From positions 1 through 64,000 of the IMG/VR virus record IMGVR_UViG_3300023181_000004: DNA of 64,000 bases. One strand, written 5' to 3'. The notes beneath the pieces were generated by a model. It had not been told where the DNA came from. It made no database searches and saw nothing but the letters and a program-made list of their open reading frames with translations. The stretch comes from a virus. Position 1 is the first letter of the stretch. Every line of letters begins with the position of its first letter. The position numbers and the translations under genes are program-made. Shown piece by piece: positions 44,909 to 53,343 of this stretch.

Positions 44909-46568
44909 AAAACAAGTTGGGCAGCTGGCGTTCTACATAGGCCATCCGAAGTGCTTGGATCTTAGCGATCCAGGAACTGGAAAGACCGCTCCGTGTTGCG
45001 TGTATTCATATATGATGTGGAACCGTGGCCAGAAGAAAACTCTGTGGTCTATGCCGAAGAGCTTATTGAAAAAAAATCTGCGCGAGATGGTCCGCTTCAC
45101 CGAGTTCAAGGTGGCCAATCCCAAGAAGTACACGCCAGGCGACGACGTGGTGATCCTCCACACCGACCGCGCCACGCTAACGCAGAACTGGACCGGTCCC
45201 ACGATCGCTTCCGAGCGCAAGCGCAGCGGCTTCAAGTGCCGCCTGCCCGGCTCGACCACCGAGACCAGCTCGATCGAGCTGGCCGATATGGCCAAGGCAC
45301 GTGGGCTAGGACCGATCAAGCTCGGCTACCTCGCCGAGGACGGCAAGTGGTATCTGCTGAATGGCAAGGGCGGGCACGATGAGAAGCCCGACGGCTGGGT
45401 GATCGTCGACCCTCTGCTCGGGCCGGACGGCAAGCCGCAGAAGGCGACGCGCGCCGACCCCGAGATGTTCAAGGATTTGATCGCCGCGGCGGCGCAGGAC
45501 GGCGCCAAGGTGGTGATCTGCACCTTCGCATTCATGTCGGCGCACTGGAAGCGCGTGCTCGACGCGTTCCCCGACATCGATCTGTTGCTCGTCGACGAGC
45601 TGCACATGGGCTACGGCGGGCTGGAGAGCAAGCAGACCGAGTCCTTCTACTTCGTCAACAAGCGCGTCAGCCGCTTCGTCGGCATGACCGGCACGCTCAT
45701 CAACGGGCGGCTGGACACGGCCTTCCCGGCGATCCACGTCATCGAGCCGCGCTACTACGGCTCGCACATGGGCTTCTACTTCGAGCACGTTCAGGCGATG
45801 GACGACTATGGCCGCCCGATCCGCTGGAAGAACGAGGCTAAGCTCTCGGCGATCATCAACAAGCACTCCATCCGTCGGACCTTCGAGGAGGTCTACGGCA
45901 AGGAGGACGTGGTGTTCTTCGTCGAAGAGATCGAGATGCACGAGAAGGTGCGCGAGGCCTACGACGTCTTCCACGAGACGGCCATCCTCGAACTGCAGGA
46001 CGGCCGGGTGCTGGACGGCAGCATGGTTGGTGTAGCGCAGATGCGCGCACGTCAGATCATGGCGCATCCCGAGACGATGATCGCCGAGATCCCGAAATGG
46101 ACCGAGAAGGACGAGCGCCTGATGATCCACCTTGCCAAGGGCAAGCAGACCTTGGTGTTCGCTGCCCTGCAACCCGAGCAGGAGCGTCTACTGCGTCTGT
46201 GTGAGGAGCTTGGCCTCCGTGCTGCCCTGATCAACGCCAACGTGTCTGGTGCGGCTCGCAGCCGCATTGACGAGGCCGCGCAGCGCGGCGAGCTGGATGT
46301 CATCGTGGCGTCGGGACCGACGACTGCCGTGGGGTACAACTGGGAGATGTTCGACCTCGTGATCTTCGTGTCCATCGATTTTATGGACGTGAATATATTA
46401 CAGGCATATCGCCGGGCCAGCCGCGGCACGCGAACGAAGGCGCTCCACGTCGTGTTCTTCAAGTACGAGGACTCGATCGACGATCGCATGTACGAGATCG
46501 TGAAAGAGAAATCGGCGCTGGCCAATCGGGTCGACAGCACGCGGCCGGTGCTCGACTTCACTTCCTAA
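44868..46568 (+). CDS. SF2 (SNF2-like) DNA helicase
   Basis: DPGTGKT, LVDELH, MTGT, QAYRRASR; GGAG RBS. Confidence 0.9.
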   Translation: MANTPQETIPQLREKQVGQLAFYIGHPKCLDLSDPGTGKTAPCCVYSYMMWNRGQKKTLWSMPKSLLKKNLREMVRFTEFKVANPKKYTPGDDVVILHTDRATLTQNWTGPTIASERKRSGFKCRLPGSTTETSSIELADMAKARGLGPIKLGYLAEDGKWYLLNGKGGHDEKPDGWVIVDPLLGPDGKPQKATRADPEMFKDLIAAAAQDGAKVVICTFAFMSAHWKRVLDAFPDIDLLLVDELHMGYGGLESKQTESFYFVNKRVSRFVGMTGTLINGRLDTAFPAIHVIEPRYYGSHMGFYFEHVQAMDDYGRPIRWKNEAKLSAIINKHSIRRTFEEVYGKEDVVFFVEEIEMHEKVREAYDVFHETAILELQDGRVLDGSMVGVAQMRARQIMAHPETMIAEIPKWTEKDERLMIHLAKGKQTLVFAALQPEQERLLRLCEELGLRAALINANVSGAARSRIDEAAQRGELDVIVASGPTTAVGYNWEMFDLVIFVSIDFMDVNILQAYRRASRGTRTKALHVVFFKYEDSIDDRMYEIVKEKSALANRVDSTRPVLDFTS

Positions 46569-46586
46569 CGTACCCTCCTTTCCTTC

Positions 46587-46603
46587 AAATTACCTAGTAG
46601 TTT
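46587..46603. promoter_or_regulatory. 17-bp site (9 of 12)
   Basis: AAATTAC-CTA-GTAGTTT. Confidence 0.75.
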
Positions 46604-46643
46604 AGAGAAAACGAGAGAAGAGTAACCAAGGAGTTTGATCACT

Positions 46644-47027
46644 ATGATGGATGTTCTAGATAAACCGCCGGGCACCGCCGGGCCTCCGACGCTCCCGCCC
46701 TTCCTACGCAAGCGCGGCGGAGGCGGCCGACCAAAGTGGGTGATCTTGCCGGATCTCATGCTTGCTGAGCAGGCCACGACCCTCTTGGATCGGGAACATA
46801 ACTGGATCACTCTGGCCTATCGCTGGATGATCCGGCTCAATACGGAGACGTGGGAGGGCGAGCGTGCCTTCGTCCACACTCGCGTCTACCGGCAGTGGCT
46901 GGAGACCTACGAGGCCAAGGATGGCCTGCCGCCGCACATCTGCTTCGGCGGTGCCATCGAGGCTCGCGATGCCGATTTAACGTTCTATCCACGGTGGGTA
47001 GAATATGCGAAGGAGACGTTCTGCTAA
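46644..47027 (+). CDS. hypothetical protein
   Basis: AAGGAG RBS. Confidence 0.6.
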   Translation: MMDVLDKPPGTAGPPTLPPFLRKRGGGGRPKWVILPDLMLAEQATTLLDREHNWITLAYRWMIRLNTETWEGERAFVHTRVYRQWLETYEAKDGLPPHICFGGAIEARDADLTFYPRWVEYAKETFC

Positions 47028-47033
47028 TCGGCA

Positions 47034-47062
47034 TTGACAGGTTCGTTCGGAGTTCCTAGATC
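47034..47062 (+). promoter_or_regulatory. sigma70-type promoter for tmRNA
   Basis: TTGACA-17 bp-TAGATC directly upstream of the acceptor piece. Confidence 0.7.
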
Positions 47063-47064
47063 AC

Positions 47065-47332
47065 GCATCCGGCCTCGGCCGGGCTGCTGGAGAACACGCG
47101 GGGGGCAGTACCTCGCCGCCTCCACCATAGCCAGTGCCTTGGCACCCCTGCTTTAACGTGACGTCCGAGGGGAGTTGAGGAGCGCACACTGGCTTTGATG
47201 GGGGCGAAATAGGATCGACTCTCCGTGCGGTAGAATGTAAATGCGAATGACAATGGTGAGGCCGTGAGCCTCCGACTGGCAGCGTAACTGCACAGGGGCC
47301 TGACCGAGAGCCTGGCAACATAATCTCGGTCA
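47065..47332 (+). ncRNA. ssrA: two-piece (circularly permuted) tmRNA, alphaproteobacterial type
   Basis: acceptor piece ends CGCCTCC-A-CCA (47117-47127); coding piece starts GGGGGCGAAATAGGATCGAC (47200) giving a 7-bp acceptor stem with G3-U70; tag ANDNGEAVSLRLAA-stop at 47243-47287; terminal hairpin with CCTGGCAACA loop. Confidence 0.92.
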
Positions 47333-47338
47333 CCTTAT

Positions 47339-47412
47339 GGGAGCGTAGCTCAGTTGGTAGAGCATGGCACGTCAAAAGGCTCTGGTCGAAGGTTCGAGTC
47401 CTTCCGCTCCCC
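47339..47412 (+). tRNA. tRNA-like RNA / pseudo-tRNA with unpaired anticodon arm
   Basis: perfect acceptor GGGAGCG/CGCTCCC, D arm GCTC-AGTTGGTA-GAGC, T arm GAAGG-TTCGAGT-CCTTC; anticodon stem cannot form; no in-register CCA. Confidence 0.7.
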
Positions 47413-47418
47413 GCAACC

Positions 47419-47435
47419 AAGTTACCCGGTAGTTT
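47419..47435. promoter_or_regulatory. 17-bp site (10 of 12)
   Basis: AAGTTAC-CCG-GTAGTTT, followed by TATAAT. Confidence 0.7.
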
Positions 47436-47513
47436 TATAATGGAGGTTTGCATGAAGTGATCAGGTCTGTAGAAGGACCACTCTACCAACCCAAAACGAA
47501 CTGGAACTATAAC

Positions 47514-48167
47514 ATGGCAACTTCCTCCGCCCTCGACGCCGTCATGGATCAGGCCACCGCAGCTGCTGATGCTGCCGCCCCCTCGACCGCGATGATCCCG
47601 CAGGACCAGAGCACCGCTCTTGCTGCAACCCCCGCCGCTTCGCTCAGCCTCGACGATCTCGCCGACAGCTCGGGCATGGTGGTCGACGCCTATCTCGGGG
47701 TGAAGGACGCGGGCCTTCGGATCGACACCAACGCCTACTTCCAGAAGGCCAAGGGCAAGATCAACATCGCCGAGGTGGCGGTCATCATGTCGGTGCGGGC
47801 GAACCGCGGCGGCTCGACGACCTTCATCAAGTCCTACGACGGTCGCATGACCTCGCAGGGCGAGAACTTCCAGCAGGCGACGCAGCGTCTGCAGGCGACC
47901 CACGACAAGGTCGACGGACCGTACCGCACGGTCGAGGTTCCCTTCCTGCTGGGCGAAGACGTCCCCGGCGCAAAGAAGGGCCAACGTCTCGGCATCACCC
48001 CGGCGATCACCGGCGTGAAGTTCTGGAACGCGTTCTACGACGAGGTCCGCAAGGCCAACCTCGCCGGCTCGGTCGTCGATGTCGAGATCGAGTGCGTTCC
48101 CCAGCGCAACAAGAACGGCAACGAGTGGGGCGTGGTCGGCTTCAAGCTGATCGGCGCCGCCAAGTAA
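47514..48167 (+). CDS. putative ssDNA-binding/replication protein
   Basis: highly biased codons, own terminator, lies between helicase and exonuclease/polymerase; function by context. Confidence 0.45.
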   Translation: MATSSALDAVMDQATAAADAAAPSTAMIPQDQSTALAATPAASLSLDDLADSSGMVVDAYLGVKDAGLRIDTNAYFQKAKGKINIAEVAVIMSVRANRGGSTTFIKSYDGRMTSQGENFQQATQRLQATHDKVDGPYRTVEVPFLLGEDVPGAKKGQRLGITPAITGVKFWNAFYDEVRKANLAGSVVDVEIECVPQRNKNGNEWGVVGFKLIGAAK

Positions 48168-48188
48168 GCGACGCTTATCGTTCGACGG

Positions 48189-48224
48189 GAGGGCCGGGGA
48201 GAAAATCCTCGGCCCTTTTCGTTT
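48189..48224 (+). terminator. intrinsic terminator
   Basis: GAGGGCCGGGGA-GAAAA-TCCTCGGCCCTT-TTCGTTT. Confidence 0.8.
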
Positions 48225-48237
48225 CAGGAGATCCGAC

Positions 48238-48402
48238 ATGCGACGCTTCTTTCTCAGCGAATATGACAAGGGCATGGCTTGGGGCGGAGCCGTTGCGTTT
48301 CTCGCGACTCACACCACGTGGGGCGGCTTAGTTGTAGCTCTCGCCATATGGCTAACGACCCGAGTGAGCTTCGCCACCATCAATTGGTTGTTAAAGAAAT
48401 GA
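48238..48402 (+). CDS. 54-aa membrane protein (not in ORF track)
   Basis: AGGAG RBS, hydrophobic, ATGA overlap with exonuclease. Confidence 0.6.
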   Translation: MRRFFLSEYDKGMAWGGAVAFLATHTTWGGLVVALAIWLTTRVSFATINWLLKK

Positions 48403-49169
48403 TCAATCTCTACGACGGCAACAACATCATGCGCCGCGCCTGCGAGCGGAAGTCCTACATGCCCGGCGAGACGCCGATGTCCATGAGGGTTCGCTTCGAG
48501 ACGATGTGCGCCGCCACACCCGGCACGGAGATTTGGGTGTGGGATGGCCGCGACCACAACGAGCGGCGCCGCGAGGTCTATCCCCAGTACAAAACCAACC
48601 GCGAGCCGATGGGCGAGGACATCTTCTCGCAGATCCGCCTGTGGCGTGACGTGCTTAAGCACAGTCCCGCCGTCCAGATCGAGGTGCACGGCTGGGAAGC
48701 CGATGACGTGATCGGCACGCTTGTGCGGCGCAAGCCGCACCTGTTCACCGTGCACACCAACGACATGGACTACGGCCAGATCGCGCACATCTGCACCCTC
48801 AAGGGCGTGAACATGAAGGGCGTGCCCGCGCACCGCGTACCGCTCTACAAGGCGATGGTCGGCGACACGAGCGACAACATCGACGGCATCCCAGGCTTTG
48901 GGCCGGGCCGCTGGCTGGAGATGGAGCCGCACTGGGACGCCATCCAGCGCGCGATCGTCGCGGGGAACGCAGCCGGTTTCGCTGACCTGCCCTTCAAGCC
49001 GAAGGTCAAGGCATGGCTGGCGGAGGACGCGAACATCAAGCTGCTCCAGCAGATGCTGCTCGTCACCCATTTCCAGAACGTCCCCGACGATGAGCTGAAC
49101 GGTGGCATCGTGCAGGGCAAGCTCGACTTCACCGCCGGACATAACCTCTTGTCGGAGTTCTTCTTATGA
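48399..49169 (+). CDS. 5'-3' exonuclease/flap endonuclease
   Basis: YDGNN, VWDG, YKTNR, EADDVIG, NDMD, GDTSDNIDGIPGFG. Confidence 0.92.
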   Translation: MINLYDGNNIMRRACERKSYMPGETPMSMRVRFETMCAATPGTEIWVWDGRDHNERRREVYPQYKTNREPMGEDIFSQIRLWRDVLKHSPAVQIEVHGWEADDVIGTLVRRKPHLFTVHTNDMDYGQIAHICTLKGVNMKGVPAHRVPLYKAMVGDTSDNIDGIPGFGPGRWLEMEPHWDAIQRAIVAGNAAGFADLPFKPKVKAWLAEDANIKLLQQMLLVTHFQNVPDDELNGGIVQGKLDFTAGHNLLSEFFL

Positions 49170-49528
49170 CCGTCATCATGGCCCGAGCGATCCCCGTCGA
49201 AGCCGAGCATGGTGTGGCAATTGACGCAGCCGGGCGGTTCGCCGCCATCCGCCTTGACGGTCATGTTTATGACCTGCAGGCGTGGCGGTTCGGACGAGAG
49301 CATGCCCTGGACCTGCCCTTCGAGGTGCAGACGTGAACCGCTATGAGATGGCCGTCACCAGCTGCGTGCGGCAGGCCGTAGCGGAGAAGCTCTCCGCCGA
49401 GCAGATCAACACGCCGTTGGTTGAGCAGCTGGCGGTCATCCTTGCTGGTACGGCAGAAGCCACGGGCGCGCGTATCGACGATCTTGTAGAAATCGTCCGG
49501 CATCAGCTGGACCAAAGGGTAGCACATC

Positions 49529-52147
49529 ATGTCAATCAAATCCGTTCTCGTTGACAATCGCAACGTCAAGACCGTGCTGCCGGGCATCCTCGCGGAACTG
49601 GCGGAGGCACGGCTGTATGGTCTCGACTGCGAGACCACCGACGTGGAGACGCGGCACGAGGGGCTGAACGTCTACAACAATGCCACGCGGCTGGTCTTCG
49701 ACCACCGCCGCACGACGATGACGGGCTTCTCGACCTACGTCGAAGGCAGCGACACCGCCTATTATTTCAACCTCGCGCACGCGGACGTGGCCAACCGTCT
49801 TCATCCCGCGATCGTGAAGATCGTGCTGGACGCTGTCAGCGACAAGGCGATCGGCGTGGCCCACAACCTGCCGTTCGAGCTGGTCATGTTCAAGCAGTGC
49901 CACGACATCGACCTGCGCAACATGGTCTGCACCCTGCAGATGGCCGTGTCACACCACGGCCCTGACGAATATGACATCGGTGAGTTCTATCGTGCTGGCC
50001 TGCCGAAGGAGTTCCACAAGATCGCCGTGCAGGTCATCAAGGACGAGTGGGCCAACGGCAGCGGCGCTGATCGGGAGCTGCTTGGCAAGTTCATTGCCAA
50101 GGAAAGCAAGGCCGCTCACTCTTACAACGGCTTCACCAAGTCCATTTCGATGGGCTATTCGTTGAAGAACCTGACTAAGAGCCGCTTCAAGGTCGAGCAG
50201 ACCACCTTCAAGGAGGTGCTCGGCGACAAGACGCACATGGGTCAACTCACCGGCGACGAGGTGGTCGTGTACGGTGCCGACGACGCCTATTGGGCGGTGA
50301 AGCATTACCGCTGGATGTTCGACGATCTCATCAAGAACAAGCCGCACGTCCTCAAGGCATTCTTCACGCAAGAGAACCCGATGGTCTATCTCTACGCCGA
50401 CGCGTGGCGTGAGGGCATCCGGCTCGACCTCGATCAGGTGTTCAAGCGCCGTGACGTCGAGCGTAGCGACATGGCTAAGCTGCTGCGCGCGTTCAAGGCA
50501 CGCGTGCGCGCGGCGTTGCCTTTCCCTGCGGAACCGCACCCCGACCTGCTGCGCAAGGAGCTGTCGTGGTATCCCAAGGGCTGGGAGAAGAAGCGCAAGC
50601 AGATCATCGATTGGGCCATGTCGGCCGATAGCGACGATGATTTCACACAGTGCTTTCAGGTCTCGAACCCAATCGGCAACGCGTGGGCCGAAGAAAAGAA
50701 GACCAAGGTGCCGGCGTCCGGCAAGCTCAACATCGTCTATTACCACGCCATGCGCACGATCATGTACGATCTGTTGCGCGTGCCGATGCAGTATGACGAG
50801 GGCAGCGTCGCGTCCGACAAGGAAGCACGCGGTCGCATCCGTGAGAAACTCGACGGTGAGGTGCCGGACAGTGCCGAGCAGGCTGCAGAGCTGGAGAACA
50901 CCAAGCAGATCATGCGTGACCTGCAGTCGATGGCCGATATCGAGCAGCGTGTGAAGCTGTATCTCACGCCGTACACCCAGCTCATGGATCCGGAGACCAG
51001 TCGTGTATATCCCTCTCTTTCCTCACAACTTGCAACCCGCCGACTGGCTACTTCGTTTCCAAATCCTATGCAGCTTGCCAGATCGGGTGACAGCGCCTAC
51101 ATTCGATCCTTCTATCTTGGCGACGCCGACGACCATGTCGTTATCTCCGCAGACTGGTCGGCGATCGAGCTTGTCTTGATCGGTGATATGGCCGGCGGGC
51201 AGGGCGGCTTCAAGAAGATCTACGGCCAGCTCCCCTACGGCGATATGCACAGCGGCAGCGCGGTCGATGCGCTCTCGGTAAAGACGCTCGTCGGCCTCAC
51301 CGAGGCCGAGTTCAAGGAATTCAAGTTCGGCAACAACCCGAACGGGCGCCCGCTCAAGGACTTCTCGGGCCGCGACCTGACGCCGCAGGACTTCCACAAG
51401 TGGGCGCGCGGCACCGCGATCGGCAAAGGCATCAACTTCGGCTATTGGTATTCGGGTGCCTGCTCGACGGTCGCGAACAACCTCGGCCTGTCGGACACGG
51501 AGCACTGGGAGCTGGTCGATAAATACCGCGAGCGCTTCCCCGACGAGGAGCACTGGCGTGTCGCCTTACAGGACGAGGCCAGCATGAATGGCTTCATCAC
51601 CCTGCCGGACGGGCACCAGCGCAACCGCTTCGAGTGCACCTCGGCGTGGCGGCAGGCGATGCTCCGCAAGTTCTCGGACCTGTCGGCCAGTCCGTATCTC
51701 GGCGACTATGCCGAGACGGCATGCAAGCGGATCCAAGCCCGCGGTCGCAATCAGGTCGTCAACGCCATGATCCAGGGGACGTGCGCGACGCTCGCCAAGC
51801 GCTCGCTGCTGAACCTGATCAAGACGGCGACCGGACTGCAGTATCGCCTGATGATGCCGATCCACGACGAGCTGGTGTTCAGCGTCCACAAGAGCGACGT
51901 GATGGCCTTCATCCCGCTGCTGCGCGAGGCGATGCAGAGCCACCACGATATCGTGAAGCACTTCCCGCTGAACTGCACCGTGGCGATGGGCCGAACCTTC
52001 CGTCCCTTCGACGAGAACAATCCTGCCATGTCGCAGATCGAGCTGGATGAAGCGCAGATCATCCCCGGTATCGTTGACAAAGAACTCAAGGGTTCTAAAC
52101 TGTCGGATGATAAAGTCGCTGAACTCTTGGAGTATATGTTCGCATGA
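49529..52147 (+). CDS. family A DNA polymerase with 3'-5' exonuclease
   Basis: LDCET, HNLPFE, YGADD exo motifs; ADWSAIE (A), KGINFGYWY (B), IHDEL (C). Confidence 0.93.
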   Translation: MSIKSVLVDNRNVKTVLPGILAELAEARLYGLDCETTDVETRHEGLNVYNNATRLVFDHRRTTMTGFSTYVEGSDTAYYFNLAHADVANRLHPAIVKIVLDAVSDKAIGVAHNLPFELVMFKQCHDIDLRNMVCTLQMAVSHHGPDEYDIGEFYRAGLPKEFHKIAVQVIKDEWANGSGADRELLGKFIAKESKAAHSYNGFTKSISMGYSLKNLTKSRFKVEQTTFKEVLGDKTHMGQLTGDEVVVYGADDAYWAVKHYRWMFDDLIKNKPHVLKAFFTQENPMVYLYADAWREGIRLDLDQVFKRRDVERSDMAKLLRAFKARVRAALPFPAEPHPDLLRKELSWYPKGWEKKRKQIIDWAMSADSDDDFTQCFQVSNPIGNAWAEEKKTKVPASGKLNIVYYHAMRTIMYDLLRVPMQYDEGSVASDKEARGRIREKLDGEVPDSAEQAAELENTKQIMRDLQSMADIEQRVKLYLTPYTQLMDPETSRVYPSLSSQLATRRLATSFPNPMQLARSGDSAYIRSFYLGDADDHVVISADWSAIELVLIGDMAGGQGGFKKIYGQLPYGDMHSGSAVDALSVKTLVGLTEAEFKEFKFGNNPNGRPLKDFSGRDLTPQDFHKWARGTAIGKGINFGYWYSGACSTVANNLGLSDTEHWELVDKYRERFPDEEHWRVALQDEASMNGFITLPDGHQRNRFECTSAWRQAMLRKFSDLSASPYLGDYAETACKRIQARGRNQVVNAMIQGTCATLAKRSLLNLIKTATGLQYRLMMPIHDELVFSVHKSDVMAFIPLLREAMQSHHDIVKHFPLNCTVAMGRTFRPFDENNPAMSQIELDEAQIIPGIVDKELKGSKLSDDKVAELLEYMFA

Positions 52148-52380
52148 AGATCGTCATCTCTCGTGACACGTTGGGCCGCGCGCTCGGTGTCCTCCTACTC
52201 ACCACCGCCGTGATGCTGCTGGCCTATTTGGCCACGGCGTTCGTCTGGTGGGAACTGAACCCCGGCCTGTGGTCGGCCGGCGCGCGCGGCACCGCGCTCG
52301 GGCTGTCGCTGTTCCTGCTCATCGCGCGCTGGCTGGCAGGCAGCATCACCATCGCCGCGCCGGTGGTCAATGAAGAATGA
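52144..52380 (+). CDS. small two-TM membrane protein
   Basis: ATGA coupling, hydrophobic. Confidence 0.6.
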   Translation: MKIVISRDTLGRALGVLLLTTAVMLLAYLATAFVWWELNPGLWSAGARGTALGLSLFLLIARWLAGSITIAAPVVNEE

Positions 52381-52783
52381 CGGCAAGGACGCGGAGAGCG
52401 CGTTCGAGGAGCACTGGACCAAGGTTGGTCACTGCGAGCGCGTGCGCGACGCGCGCGATCTGATGGGCTTGAACGGCGGCAAGCGTGTTGCCGACTTCAA
52501 GAAGCCGTCGGACTTCCTCGTCTCCAGCCGCGTGCATCCGTTGCACTTCGCCGAGGTGAAGTCGACGGTGGATGCGAAGCGGTTCAGCTTCGACAAGATC
52601 CAGTCGGGGCAGGCCAACGCCGCGCAGCGCGAGTATCTGCAAGGCTCGGGCAGCTATATTTTCTACATCTTCTCCTATCCGCTCGGTCGATGGTTCATCA
52701 TGCCTTGTGCGGTCTATGCCCATCAGTTAAAGATGGGCCGCAAATCAATCTCTTTCGAGGAACTTGACCCGTGGATCAAATGA
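52370..52783 (+). CDS. PD-(D/E)XK nuclease, RecU-like Holliday junction resolvase
   Basis: PSDF...FAEVKST...Q. Confidence 0.75.
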   Translation: MKNDGKDAESAFEEHWTKVGHCERVRDARDLMGLNGGKRVADFKKPSDFLVSSRVHPLHFAEVKSTVDAKRFSFDKIQSGQANAAQREYLQGSGSYIFYIFSYPLGRWFIMPCAVYAHQLKMGRKSISFEELDPWIK

Positions 52784-53343
52784 CGCACATCATGGTGGAC
52801 TCCGAGACCACCGACACGACCCCCGACATTGCCGGCGTCATTCAGCTCGCAGGGATCAAGTTCAATCCGGACACCCTCAAGGTCGGTGCCTCGTTCAATG
52901 GTTATCCCATGCTGCTGCCGCGGCGGCGCTGGAGCGAGAGCACCCGGCAGTTCTGGCGCGTCCAGAACCGCGAGGGCTACGCGGAGATCGTGCGGCAGGC
53001 GCAGCCGGCGCGCGAAGTGTTCCAAGCCTTTGCCGATTTCTGCGCGAAGGACGCGCCGTTCGGCGGCTTCGTCTTCGTCGCCAAGCCGGTGAAGTTCGAC
53101 TGGCCGATCATCGAGAGCAACATGCTCGATCTCGATATTCCCTTCCCATTTGCCCATCACAAATATCTGGACATGCACAGCTGGATCAGCGGGCTGCGCG
53201 GGCAAGGGCAGCGCACGACGATCGAGGACGAGGTGCCGTTCCCGGTCGGCGGCATGAAGCACAACGCGCTGCACGACTGCGCGTGGCAGGTCGACTGCAT
53301 GTTCCATGCGAAGCGCAACCACGTTACCGCGTCGATCGCATGA
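52780..53343 (+). CDS. DEDDh 3'-5' exonuclease
   Basis: IMVDSET, FDWPI, HNALHDC. Confidence 0.85.
   Translation: MTHIMVDSETTDTTPDIAGVIQLAGIKFNPDTLKVGASFNGYPMLLPRRRWSESTRQFWRVQNREGYAEIVRQAQPAREVFQAFADFCAKDAPFGGFVFVAKPVKFDWPIIESNMLDLDIPFPFAHHKYLDMHSWISGLRGQGQRTTIEDEVPFPVGGMKHNALHDCAWQVDCMFHAKRNHVTASIA

Noticed and set aside
47100-47127. tmRNA 3' fragment as an attP/attR of a prophage
   Set aside because: Both pieces, tag and promoter are present within phage replication genes; no integrase or host flank in the window.
47370-47376. Opal suppressor/Sec tRNA and UGA recoding
   Set aside because: The anticodon stem does not pair and position 33 would be G. Many genes end in TGA with ATGA/TGATG coupling, and conserved genes are not interrupted.
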